Positions 19,623-28,795 of a stretch of DNA of 64,000 bases are shown here, one piece after another. Each line of letters opens with the position of its first letter. The first letter of the stretch is position 1. The translations under genes were made by a program, and so were the position numbers. The stretch is from an uncultured bacterium. GTDB taxonomy: Bacteria > Acidobacteriota > HRBIN11 > JAKEFK01. The DNA lies in assembly GCA_963777505.1 (NCBI GenBank), contig CAVZQN010000011.1:195775-259774 (forward strand). The letters run 5' to 3'. The notes beneath the pieces were generated by a model. That model was not told the origin of the DNA and ran no database searches. It saw only the letters and a program-made list of their open reading frames with translations.

Positions 19623-22600
19623 TCACCGCATCTGAGCGATCAGAGGTTCATATTTTCTTTTTAGATTTGAATTCAGCGTGATGGCTTTTTGAACTGCCTC
19701 TCTTGCAAGACGGAAGGATTCATCACGCTTTTGTTGATCTGTTTCTGTTTGTGCTTGAAGCCAGTGTAATTTTCCCATCGTTACGGCAACCTCAGCGAAT
19801 GAAGGACGAAGATCGAGGATTTTCCGGCAGGTTGTAAGTCCATCATCAATCACATTCTGTGTTGGTTTATTTCGACGTTGAAACCAGGTTGCCTGTGCTT
19901 CGCGAATTTCGGCAAGAACTGCGAGAGCCGGGGTATTCGTTGCGTTGCGTTGCAACGATTGCTCAACAAATTGCAATGCTTTTTCTAAATTTTTTTCCGG
20001 CGAACGGTCTGAACGGAGATTCCATTGTCCCGCGAGTACTTCAATTTCCGCGCCCAAAACAGGAAGATCGGAATCAGGAAATTCCGAAATTGCTTTCTTT
20101 GCGATTCCCCTGGCCTTATTTAATAACGGTGAAGGATCGGTGCCGTGATTCATGTTGTAATCAGCTTGAGTGCAATACGCATCCAGAATGGTGCTATACG
20201 CAAGCGAGCCCTCGTTCGAACCCGATTCGAGTGTTTTTCTTGAATATTCGATCGGCGTGTTTAGATCACCGGGATCCTGACCTTGATAGATTCTGTATTT
20301 TGCATTTGCAACCAGGGCGGATGCCATGATGCTATAAACAGTTGCAAATCCCTCACCGCCAAGTTCAAGAGCCTTTTTCGAGTTCTCGATTGCACGATTG
20401 CTGGAATCTTCCGGATTTTTACCTCGGTTCAATCCACTTGTTGCTTTATTTACATGTGCTGTTGCAAGATTCAAAAATGGGACCGGATGTTTGGGACTTG
20501 CCAGATGAGCTTTAGTCAAAGCCTCAATCGCGCGATCTAAGGTGGAGTCAGGATCGATACCGTTTTTGATCTGGTAATCCCCCAAAATGATATAAGCATT
20601 TCCAAGTGTATTCAGCGAACCAACGGAGTTAGGCAACATTTCTGCGGATTTTGTTGAGTTTTGAATTGACAGTTCAAGCTTCGATCGAGGATCTTTAAAA
20701 TGCTGAACATCATATTGAGCCCAATCCACATATAAAACGGCAAGGTTGTTGTAGGTCGCCCAATACGGTTTTATTTTCGTGGCACTGTTAAAGTGTTCAA
20801 TCGCCCGTACCGCGGAAGGATTCGGATCACGCCCTGAGCTTTGATCAATCATCATTTTCATGTGGTAAGCATTGCCTAACTCGAATTGCGCACCAAAATC
20901 ATTTTTCTTTCTTTGAACGGCGGCTTGAGCAAATTGAATTGCATTATTCAGCGTATTTTCCGAGTATTCGCCACGATAATAAAGTTCATCAGTCCATCGC
21001 CAACTGATCTGAGCCTTCCAACTGTAAGCGATAACGCTATCGGGATCTACTTCCAAAGCCAGATCACAAGCGGCAAGTCCTTTATCCATGGGTTGTTTCA
21101 AATCGCCGCCTCTGGACGACTCAACTTTCATAACTTGCAGCCATTTCCAGCAATCACTTTCATAGAGAGCCGGTTCACTTCTCGCGATTTGCATCGCACG
21201 CAGGAATGAATTTCCAGCATCGGAAAAATATTTGAGTGCAGCCTCATTATTGGATCGATCGAATTGTTCGATTCCTAAAGCCATATAAATATCGCCTTCC
21301 AGTTTTCCGGCTTCATAGAGCCACCATAATTTTTGAGCACTTCGTGCTTTTTCGAGTGCCTCAGGATATTTCTTTTCATAAAACTTGATCAGTCCTTCAA
21401 TGTAATTCCGCACTTCTGGTTCGGATCCCTGACTTTGGCTCAGATAGTTCAGGATGCGATCGCGATATTTTGTTTCAATATCCTTAATGGTTGATTTTTT
21501 TCCTGAAAGATTTTCTGCGCGTTGGGCAACTTCGAGTTCTTGCTGATATTGATGGCCAAGTGTTATACCGAGTGCATATGCATTTTCAGGAGTTTGATAA
21601 CCTGCGTCCCATGCTTTTTGTAAATATCTTTGCGCTTCATCGAGTTTGGATAGCTCCATCAAACCGCGTCCATATGCATAGTTTCCCGGACCCTCCGCAA
21701 GTGTGCCAGCTTCTTGAATGCGCTGAAGGATCGAATTCATTTTCCGATTGACTTGTTCTTTGTCTTCAGTGAGATTGTGTAACGGCGCCATTCTGGCAAC
21801 TCTCATTCGCCATTCCATGTTTTCTGCAAGCTGCATAAATTCTTTTGCAATTCGAACTTGTTGTGCAGCACGCCACCATGAAAAAATTCCAATACCACCA
21901 AGAACGATGACTAAAAATGTAGAAACTGCAAGAATTGCCGCAGCTGCTTGATGTTTCCGGATTTTTTTATTGAGTCTGTATGTCAGACTTGCCGGACGTG
22001 CCAGGATGGAATCACCATTGAGATACCGTTCAAGATCTTCTGCAAGCGCTTTTGCCGAATCGTAACGGCGATCCGGGTTGCGTTCCATGCATTTCGTTAC
22101 AATCGTTTCAAGATCGCGTGGAATCTCCGGCGCGAGTTTTCGAAGGGGAGTCGGGTCACCTTGTGATAGCTTTACAATCACCTCCATACTGTTTCCTTCG
22201 TACGGAGGCTTATTTGAAAGAACGTAATATAAGGTCGCTCCTAAACTGTAAACATCACTTCGACGATCCAGTTTTTGACTTTCTCCCCATGCTTGTTCTG
22301 GCGGCATAAATGCAGGAGTGCCTAAAATCATTCCTGTAACAGTTAATCCTTCCATTGCAATTTCGCGTGCCAGTCCGAAATCAAGCACATACGGATGCCA
22401 TCCTGCATCTGTTTTTTCAACCATTATGTTGGAAGGTTTTATGTCGCGATGAATGATTCCCATTTTGTGTGCACTATGAAGTGCTTCGGCAATTTTCTGA
22501 ATCGCTAACACTCTTTGTTCAAGCGACATTTTTTGTGAAGCAGTTGAAAGGACTTCACCCTCAATCAATTGCATAGCAATGAAGTACTTTCCGGAAAAAT

Positions 22601-22913
22601 TGCCTACTTCATGAATTTTGCAAACGTTGGTGTGTTCAAGCTGTGCCTGTGCGCGGGCTTCGCGGATGAAACGTTTCTCCGTTTCGGAATCTCCTTCTAA
22701 GATGAACTTCAGCGCGACTTTCCGGTTTAATGCAAGATCAATCGCTTTATAGACTCTGGATGTTGATCCTTTTCCAAGAAATTCCAGAACTTTATAGCGA
22801 TCCCATCCTTCAAATTGAAGTTCAGTGGAAGCACTTTGCTCCTGGGATTCTTGCGAAACACGGCGCGGGATAACCGTAGTTTGGTCAGACGAAGTGATAT
22901 CTTCTTCTTTCAT
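19623..22913 (-). CDS. Membrane-anchored Hanks-type Ser/Thr kinase with C-terminal TPR region
   Basis: VALK, HRDIKPSN, DFG, DVYSLG; TM AAAAILAVSTFLVIVLGGIGIF; about 700 aa of TPR-like repeats. Confidence 0.92.
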   Translation of the reverse strand: MKEEDITSSDQTTVIPRRVSQESQEQSASTELQFEGWDRYKVLEFLGKGSTSRVYKAIDLALNRKVALKFILEGDSETEKRFIREARAQAQLEHTNVCKIHEVGNFSGKYFIAMQLIEGEVLSTASQKMSLEQRVLAIQKIAEALHSAHKMGIIHRDIKPSNIMVEKTDAGWHPYVLDFGLAREIAMEGLTVTGMILGTPAFMPPEQAWGESQKLDRRSDVYSLGATLYYVLSNKPPYEGNSMEVIVKLSQGDPTPLRKLAPEIPRDLETIVTKCMERNPDRRYDSAKALAEDLERYLNGDSILARPASLTYRLNKKIRKHQAAAAILAVSTFLVIVLGGIGIFSWWRAAQQVRIAKEFMQLAENMEWRMRVARMAPLHNLTEDKEQVNRKMNSILQRIQEAGTLAEGPGNYAYGRGLMELSKLDEAQRYLQKAWDAGYQTPENAYALGITLGHQYQQELEVAQRAENLSGKKSTIKDIETKYRDRILNYLSQSQGSEPEVRNYIEGLIKFYEKKYPEALEKARSAQKLWWLYEAGKLEGDIYMALGIEQFDRSNNEAALKYFSDAGNSFLRAMQIARSEPALYESDCWKWLQVMKVESSRGGDLKQPMDKGLAACDLALEVDPDSVIAYSWKAQISWRWTDELYYRGEYSENTLNNAIQFAQAAVQRKKNDFGAQFELGNAYHMKMMIDQSSGRDPNPSAVRAIEHFNSATKIKPYWATYNNLAVLYVDWAQYDVQHFKDPRSKLELSIQNSTKSAEMLPNSVGSLNTLGNAYIILGDYQIKNGIDPDSTLDRAIEALTKAHLASPKHPVPFLNLATAHVNKATSGLNRGKNPEDSSNRAIENSKKALELGGEGFATVYSIMASALVANAKYRIYQGQDPGDLNTPIEYSRKTLESGSNEGSLAYSTILDAYCTQADYNMNHGTDPSPLLNKARGIAKKAISEFPDSDLPVLGAEIEVLAGQWNLRSDRSPEKNLEKALQFVEQSLQRNATNTPALAVLAEIREAQATWFQRRNKPTQNVIDDGLTTCRKILDLRPSFAEVAVTMGKLHWLQAQTETDQQKRDESFRLAREAVQKAITLNSNLKRKYEPLIAQMR

Positions 22914-23056
22914 GCTCCCCCTTCTTTGGGCATGTAAGAGCTACTTCATTTGTACCATAAAGCGAATCTTCGTGTCTCTGCGGATAAGGTCTTTGTGACT
23001 GCTTGGTGGTATTTGCGATTTGTAACGCTGGCATCCTGCCGGCCGAGCTAGAGCTC

Positions 23057-23704
23057 TTACGATCCAATTTCCGAAAATTGGATATTCAGAACACGGTACT
23101 TCTCCCAATCTTTGAAATCGTAATGCCACCATTCAGGATCAAACACCAAAAAATCTTCCGACTCCATTGCCGATCGGAGCAAATCGCGTAAGCGTCGTTG
23201 TTCGTCGGTACCGCCTTTGTAATTGATATGTGATCTGTCTGTCATTTCATCGTAGGCACCAGGCATCTCAACTGCCTGACCTGTTTTCAAATCAAACAAA
23301 GTTAGATCGACAGCACAGCCGCGATTGTGACGCGATCCTTTCTTAGGATCGGCAACAAATATCTTCTTATCTTTCGGTGTAGCATCCCAAAACATTTTCG
23401 TTACAGACCACGGACGATAACCATCGTGAATCAGAAGTCCATAACCTTGAAGCTTTAGTTTTTGATGGGCCCGCACCAGCGCTTCCGCAGCAGGGCGCTG
23501 CAAAAATGCTCGCGCTTCCGTATACATTGGACGTCCCATAAAATTATTGGACGTTGCATAACGGATGTCCAAACGTAATGTCGGTTCGAGCTTGATGAGC
23601 TCCACAAGATCAGCTTGGCGGAAGTCTCCTGTTTCTTGTGGCGGCCGATGAGCGCATTGAAGTGTGAATAAAAGAAGTAACAGAAAATAAGAAAGCTTTC
23701 TCAT
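23057..23704 (-). CDS. ddpX: D-Ala-D-Ala dipeptidase (M15D, VanX/DdpX family)
   Basis: IRYATSNNF, DGYRP, SRHNRGCAVDLT, EWWHY. Confidence 0.92.
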   Translation of the reverse strand: MRKLSYFLLLLLFTLQCAHRPPQETGDFRQADLVELIKLEPTLRLDIRYATSNNFMGRPMYTEARAFLQRPAAEALVRAHQKLKLQGYGLLIHDGYRPWSVTKMFWDATPKDKKIFVADPKKGSRHNRGCAVDLTLFDLKTGQAVEMPGAYDEMTDRSHINYKGGTDEQRRLRDLLRSAMESEDFLVFDPEWWHYDFKDWEKYRVLNIQFSEIGS

Positions 23705-23790
23705 GGACGCAATATTACCATCGAAATGTATTTGCCTGCGTCATGTTTATATAACCGATAAAATGGTTTCACCGGTTATATTGGTTTTCG

Positions 23791-24750
23791 TTAGTCAAAA
23801 TCAATGGGGCTTTGGATACCCTCAACTCCTTTTAAGATGTGAGTGTAAATCATTGTAGTCCTGACATCTTTGTGACCAAGTAATTGTTGAACAGTTCGGA
23901 TGTCATAGCCTTTTTGGAGCAAGTGAGTTGCAAAACTATGGCGAAAGGAGTGGCAGTTGCCGGGTTTGATGATGTTCGACTTTTTGATTGCTGACTTAAC
24001 GGCTTTTTGAAGCAAAGATTCGCCGGGATGGTGTCGTCGGACCTTTTTTGAACGAGGATCTATTGAGCGCTTCAAAGCAGGAAAGACATATTGCCAGGCG
24101 AATGATTTAGCGGCGGAAGGATACTTATATGCCAGGGCAAAAGGTAAATAAACCGCTCCAAAACCTTCAGCGAGATCTTGTTCATGAAGTAGTTTCACCT
24201 TTTTGAGTTGCAATTGAAGTTGTGGTTTTAAAGACATCGGTAAAACTGTGATCCGTGCATTTTGACCTTTGGAATCTTGTACGATGATTTGATTCCGGTT
24301 AAAGTCAAGATCTTTAACGCGCAGTCGCAAGCACTCCATCAGCCGCAAACCTGATCCATAAAGTAAACTTGCCATTAATCGATAGGTTCCTTCCATGTTG
24401 GATAAGATTGTTTTTAGTTCTTGTTGAGTGAAGACTATCGGGTACTTCTTTTTAGATTTTGCCCGTAGGATATTGTCGATTTTAGGAAGTTCAAGATTCA
24501 GGACATCCTTGTAAAGGAAAATCAAAGCGCAGAGAGCCTGGTTTTGTGCGGAGGCGGATACTTTATTGTGCACCGCAGGTGACTTAAAAAGTTTCGGAGC
24601 TTTCGGCACCTAGCAGAGCTGGATCTTTTTGATGATTGAACAAATAGTATCGTTTGATCCAGTTCAAGTAACTATTTTCGGTCCTGAGACTGAGGGTTTG
24701 AGTCGTGCTGTTTGCCGGATCCGGTCGGATAATTTTGGCGGACGGTTCAT
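23791..24750 (-). pseudogene. intI: Integron integrase IntI with three single-base frameshifts in the 5' region
   Basis: [24 protein letters not shown], and the integron-specific insert [20 protein letters not shown]; N-terminus reconstructed from ATG 24750 (AGGAG SD) across frames. Confidence 0.92.
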
Positions 24751-24774
24751 AGAGTTTTCTCCTGCCCGCCATAA

Positions 24775-24803
24775 TGGAATTATCTGCCAATTTGGCGTAT
24801 AAT
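24775..24803 (+). promoter_or_regulatory. Candidate cassette promoter Pc
   Basis: TGGAAT-17 bp-TATAAT pointing toward attI. Confidence 0.65.
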
Positions 24804-24814
24804 CAGCCCTAAAG

Positions 24815-24852
24815 GCGTGTTATGGCAACTTGCAATATATTAGTAGTTAGGC
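24815..24852 (+). other. attI site (core GTTAGGC at 24846-24852)
   Basis: G/TTAGGCCGC is complementary to the cassette-1 end GCGGCCGAAC; lies just upstream of divergent intI. Confidence 0.85.
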
Positions 24853-24862
24853 CGCACTATGA

Positions 24863-25224
24863 ATGCATGACTTACCTATTCATTTGGATATTCTCCGGGC
24901 CTTTTGGCTATTTTTTAGCGGTGTCGGAATAATTCTGGGCCTATATCAGCAGAGCTACATACTGATCGTTTTTGCAATTGTTGTGTTCGTCGGCTCCATT
25001 CTCTTAAAAAAGCGACCCACTGTTGGTCGCATTGTCCTTCTACTCCACTTTGCTTTACAAATTTTAATGACACCCAAAATTTCATTGTTGTTGGTGTGAA
25101 ACCGATATTAATTCTGCAATTCATTTTGGGCTGTATATTCGTTTATGTTCTTTGGCGGTTTAATCCAAATCATGTTGCGGCCGAACAAATCACTGCAGCG
25201 GACACGTCCTCGGGCTCTCGCTAA
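24863..25224 (+). CDS. Cassette 1: membrane protein, probably frameshifted near 25060
   Basis: Hydrophobic ORF 24863-25099; a shifted frame continues ...FIVVGVKPILILQFILGCIFVYVLW into attC1. Confidence 0.55.
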
Positions 25225-25266
25225 CGCTCGAGCCCTGCGGCGTGCCGCTGAGTTCAAGCGTTCGCT
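25180..25266 (+). other. attC1 (87 bp)
   Basis: GCCGAAC...ACTGCAGCGGACACG...CGTGCCGCTGAGT...GTTCGCT with extrahelical bases. Confidence 0.9.
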
Positions 25267-25285
25267 GGCCGATAACACTTCACTC

Positions 25286-25759
25286 ATGACACTCAAGACC
25301 CTTTGTTGTCCATACTGTAAGGAAACGATTAGCGCGGCAAGAGGTCTTGTAAGGTGCAGAGCGTGCCGCACATTTCATCATCAACATTGTTGGGAATCCA
25401 ATGGGCAATGTTCAGTGTATGGCTGTAAAGGAGTTGCCCTCCACTATAGAGGAAGATTTGGCAGGTTCGCCAAGTGGCCAATCAACGCAATTATTGTGGT
25501 CTCATTTACTGTAGCGGTCCTGCTTAGTGCTGCCGTCTTTGAAATTCCCTGGTTAGCGCATTTGACTTTTACGCTTGCTGGCTTTTCAACTTCATATCTA
25601 TTTTTTAGCGCCTATCGCGATCCAGAGCGCAGCGATGTTACTCGTTGGTTATGGGATTCGTGTGAGAGGCAGTCAATTAGGGGTGCCAAATATTTGTGGA
25701 TTCTATCAATCGGTTCAATAATCATTGCCATTGCAAATCTCGCATCGTTGTTCACTTGA
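25286..25759 (+). CDS. Cassette 2: prokaryotic RING-finger (Prok-RING_1-like) plus TM helices
   Basis: CPYCKETI...CRACRTFHHQHCWESNGQCSVYGC followed by three hydrophobic segments. Confidence 0.75.
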   Translation: MTLKTLCCPYCKETISAARGLVRCRACRTFHHQHCWESNGQCSVYGCKGVALHYRGRFGRFAKWPINAIIVVSFTVAVLLSAAVFEIPWLAHLTFTLAGFSTSYLFFSAYRDPERSDVTRWLWDSCERQSIRGAKYLWILSIGSIIIAIANLASLFT

Positions 25760-25775
25760 CAGTTTCTAATCGGCC

Positions 25776-25960
25776 AGCGAACAAGTCATTGCAGCCGACG
25801 CCTCCTGCGCCTCTTCAGGCGCCCGCTTTGCAATTTGCTAAAAATACATTTTTGAAAAAGAAAACATAAATCGGCTATCATCGATTGTGCTGGAACAAGC
25901 TTCGCAAAGCGTGCGCCTTCATTCGGCGCAGTTCGGCGCGGCTGAATTCCAGCGTTCGGC
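25776..25960 (+). other. attC2 (185 bp, promoter-bearing)
   Basis: AGCGAAC...GTTCGGC; TTGAAA(25852)-18-TATCAT(25876) in the loop. Confidence 0.88.
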
Positions 25961-25966
25961 CTCATA

Positions 25967-26362
25967 ATGGGACAGAAGAATATACCCGGGATAATTATTT
26001 CTGCTCAGTGCGCAATCGTTTTCATATTTTTTATACAGATAAGAATTGAGTATCAACAACCTCATTCACTTACAAACCTACTGGTTCTCTCACTAATTGC
26101 GATAGCTGTTTTGTCTGCAGCTGCAGGATTATACTTTCGTAGCCGTATTGCTAGAATCGTCGCATCTCTTCTTCTTATTTATGTAGGGTTCAGAGGCTTT
26201 TATCTCTTTCATGGGATGTATCAGTTAATTAAACCAATAGATTTAATTGAAACGTTTGTGTTTGGCATTCTAAACCTTGCTCATGCGTATTGCATCTATT
26301 TGGCAATTGCCTTGTTTCTGAGTCGCCAAGCAAAACTGTACTTTAGTAGCGAACGCATTTGA
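25967..26362 (+). CDS. Cassette 3: four-TM hypothetical membrane protein
   Basis: ORF fills the cassette; stop abuts attC3. Confidence 0.8.
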   Translation: MGQKNIPGIIISAQCAIVFIFFIQIRIEYQQPHSLTNLLVLSLIAIAVLSAAAGLYFRSRIARIVASLLLIYVGFRGFYLFHGMYQLIKPIDLIETFVFGILNLAHAYCIYLAIALFLSRQAKLYFSSERI

Positions 26363-26363
26363 G

Positions 26364-26547
26364 GCCGAACAAGTCATTCGAGCGGACAACACCCGCGTCT
26401 CGCTCAGTCTTACTGCTTGCAAATACTTTTAAAGGCATTTTGCTTACGAAAAAGTTTTTCGGTTATCATGGTCCGTGCTGGTGAAGAGTTGCAAGCAGCA
26501 AGCCTTCACTCGCCTGCGGCTGTTGCCGCTCAATTCCAGCGTTCGGC
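26364..26547 (+). other. attC3 (184 bp, promoter-bearing)
   Basis: GCCGAAC...ATTCGAGCGGACAAC / GTTGCCGCTCAAT...GTTCGGC; TTGCTT(26440)-18-TATCAT(26464). Confidence 0.9.
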
Positions 26548-26553
26548 CACGCT

Positions 26554-26951
26554 ATGGACACGATGATCATAACCAGAGAACATGTCTGTCGAAAGCTTAT
26601 CGATTGGCGTGAAGGTAGAATCACCTCCGCTGACATTTACGAATGGGCCGGATCTCTGTATCCCAATACCGATCATGATTACGAGGATTGGGAGGGAGAT
26701 CAACAATCGGAGTCAGCACAAACGAAGTTCTCGGTGCTCTGGTCATGTTGAACTATGAATCTGAATGTCCCGAAGATGCAGAAATCTTCATAGAATTCCT
26801 GTCCACACCGGTGGGTCGCTTTCACGAAGGTTATGCGGTTCTCCTGAAAAAACTCGATGCCATAGACTATGACAAACGCAGGGTAATGTTGCGCGACGAT
26901 CCACTCTATGCTCCGTTCCTCTCTCAACCACACAATGATAAACTGGTCTAG
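26554..26951 (+). CDS. Cassette 4: acidic hypothetical protein with one frameshift near 26700
   Basis: ORFs 26554-26751 and 26688-26951 overlap and together fill the cassette. Confidence 0.65.
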
Positions 26952-26956
26952 GCGTG

Positions 26957-27041
26957 GCCGAACAACTCATTGCACCGGACGCTCACCGCGTCTTCGCTTC
27001 GCTCATCCGCGGATTCGCGCCTGTGAATTCCAGCGTTAGCG
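26957..27041 (+). other. attC4 (85 bp)
   Basis: GCCGAAC...GTTAGCG hairpin. Confidence 0.88.
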
Positions 27042-27069
27042 GCGGTTTGAGTTCAAAGCGAGCTGTATC

Positions 27070-27468
27070 ATGGGAGTCACTGGAGAATCCGACGCAATAG
27101 ATTCAATTCTACAGACATCGAGCCTTCGCCCTTACAAAGTGTGGCATGTTGGGGACGAACGAATACAGGGAAATGGTAAGGCAGGTATTCATGAGAGCTC
27201 TGGCTTCAACATCGATATAAGCAAAAATGATGAGCTCTCTGAAGCAATTAAGGATGCAATAGCTTTTCTCAACAGTTGGAAGACCGAGCTACAAAAACTC
27301 TGTCAAACACAAGGCCTTGAACCTTCCGTTATTGATTTCGGATTATTTTGTGGAATTCATTACTTCGCTCATCATGATCATCTTCCTGCCACACTGATTC
27401 AACTGGCGGCTGAGAGTGGTCTAGCAATCGAGCTATCTCATTACAGATCAGATTATAACGCCAGCTAA
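27070..27468 (+). CDS. Cassette 5: DUF4279-like hypothetical protein
   Basis: VWHVGDER...SGFNIDIS...LIQLAAESGLAIELSHY pattern; stop lies in the attC5 left core. Confidence 0.6.
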   Translation: MGVTGESDAIDSILQTSSLRPYKVWHVGDERIQGNGKAGIHESSGFNIDISKNDELSEAIKDAIAFLNSWKTELQKLCQTQGLEPSVIDFGLFCGIHYFAHHDHLPATLIQLAAESGLAIELSHYRSDYNAS

Positions 27469-27632
27469 CAAGTCATTCGAGCGGACAACACCCGCTCTTG
27501 ATTCAGATATTTGCCTTGCCTAATGAAAATAAACCTACAGGTTAGTGAAAGTCTCGGTTCATGATCGTTGGTGGCAGCAAGCAGCAAGCCTTCATTCGCT
27601 GGCGGCGTTGCCGCTCAACTCCAGCGTTATAC
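27463..27632 (+). other. attC5 (170 bp, long family, degenerate loop)
   Basis: AGCTAAC-AAGTCATTCGAGCGGACAACACCCGC...GCAAGCAGCAAGCCTTCA...GTTATAC. Confidence 0.85.
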
Positions 27633-27672
27633 GGCTTGAGCACAAACTTCAGTAACAGAATTGGAGGATAAC

Positions 27673-28065
27673 ATGACGCCCTATATCGACGGATTCGTAC
27701 TCCCCGTGCCGCGCGACCAGCTAAAGTCGTATAGAGAAGTTGTTGAAAAGGTAGCGGAGATTTGGAAGGAACATGGCGCACTCGATTACTCAGAATATGT
27801 TGGTGACGATTCAAATTTGGAGGGCACCCGATCTTTCCCTGATGTCGCGAACACAAAGGAGGATGAAGTCGTCATCTTTGGATGGGTCGCATTCGAATCT
27901 CGTGAAGCGCGTGATCTTGCTAATAAGAGGGTCGCAGCCGACCCAAGGATGTCGGATTTGATCAATCCACTGACGAATACATCGAGGCCGGTTTTTGATG
28001 CTAAGCGGATGGTGTATGGAGGATTCCGGTCGCTCGTTCAATCATCTAGTCAGAACGCCGTATAA
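27673..28065 (+). CDS. Cassette 6: DUF1428 (YbaA-like) protein
   Basis: YIDGFVLPVP, WKEHGALDYSEYVGDD, FDAKRMVYGGF; GGAGG SD. Confidence 0.9.
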   Translation: MTPYIDGFVLPVPRDQLKSYREVVEKVAEIWKEHGALDYSEYVGDDSNLEGTRSFPDVANTKEDEVVIFGWVAFESREARDLANKRVAADPRMSDLINPLTNTSRPVFDAKRMVYGGFRSLVQSSSQNAV

Positions 28066-28131
28066 CAAGCAAATGCAGCCGACAAATTTTCCGCTGCGCT
28101 CCAAATTTGCGGCTGATTTGCGGCGTTCGGC
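28060..28131 (+). other. attC6 (72 bp, different sequence family)
   Basis: GTATAAC-AAGCAAATGCAGCCGAC...GCGGCTGATTTGCGGC-GTTCGGC. Confidence 0.9.
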
Positions 28132-28598
28132 GTGACGAAATTCTGCGAATTTTTCTTTTATTAGTATTTGTTTTGCCCTTTTTTGCTTGTAGCGGTCGCA
28201 CAAAGTCCAATCCAAAATCTGCCTCGAACTTCGAAGCTTTTCCTCCCGATTATGACCCCGAGCTTTTCGAGGTGCCATTCTGTGATTTGGATCAACGACA
28301 CATCGGACAACTCATCGCCTTGCATGGCGTCTTGATCAATAAGAATAACAATTGGCTGCTACAAGCTGGTGCTGAGTGTAATAGCAACAATGAACTAGTT
28401 GTACACGTTGAATCTCACAAGTCTTGTGCCGGAGATGACGTTTCAGAAAAACTTAGCGAAATCAATAATGATGACAACATAACAGGAAATGTTCTGGTTT
28501 ATGGCACACTGCTAAGATCGCAATCGACGTATGCATTCAATGTCACGTGTTTTGACTATGTTCAAATAATTAAGCCATGTAACAGTGGACTCGACTAA
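28131..28598 (+). CDS. Cassette 7: predicted lipoprotein (start codon unclear)
   Basis: Hydrophobic stretch ending FFA-CS lipobox-like; ORF fills the cassette. Confidence 0.6.
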   Translation, partial: RDEILRIFLLLVFVLPFFACSGRTKSNPKSASNFEAFPPDYDPELFEVPFCDLDQRHIGQLIALHGVLINKNNNWLLQAGAECNSNNELVVHVESHKSCAGDDVSEKLSEINNDDNITGNVLVYGTLLRSQSTYAFNVTCFDYVQIIKPCNSGLD

Positions 28599-28608
28599 CC
28601 GAAGTCAC

Positions 28609-28699
28609 GCCGAACAAATCGTTCGAGCGGACAACACCCGCGTCTCATTCAGTCTTGCTGCTTGCATTAAGCTCAATTGCATTTTGCTTACTAAAAATC
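28609..28699 (+). other. attC7, left arm only (long family, truncated within the promoter loop)
   Basis: Similar to the attC3 left arm through TTTTGCTTAC.AAAAA, then unrelated sequence. Confidence 0.8.
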
Positions 28700-28795
28700 G
28701 CGACTTGAAGGAATATAAGGTTAATATCCTATCGTTTAAGGTTGTGAAGAATGCTGACATTATTATGAGCGAGGAAGGATTAATCAAGGTCCCGA

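Noticed and set aside
23057-23704. Vancomycin-resistance vanX
   Set aside because: It has an export signal and no vanH/vanA/vanRS neighbours; a stand-alone dipeptidase is more likely
25145-25285. N-terminal extension of the 204-aa ORF
   Set aside because: It reads through attC1; the cassette gene starts at ATG 25286
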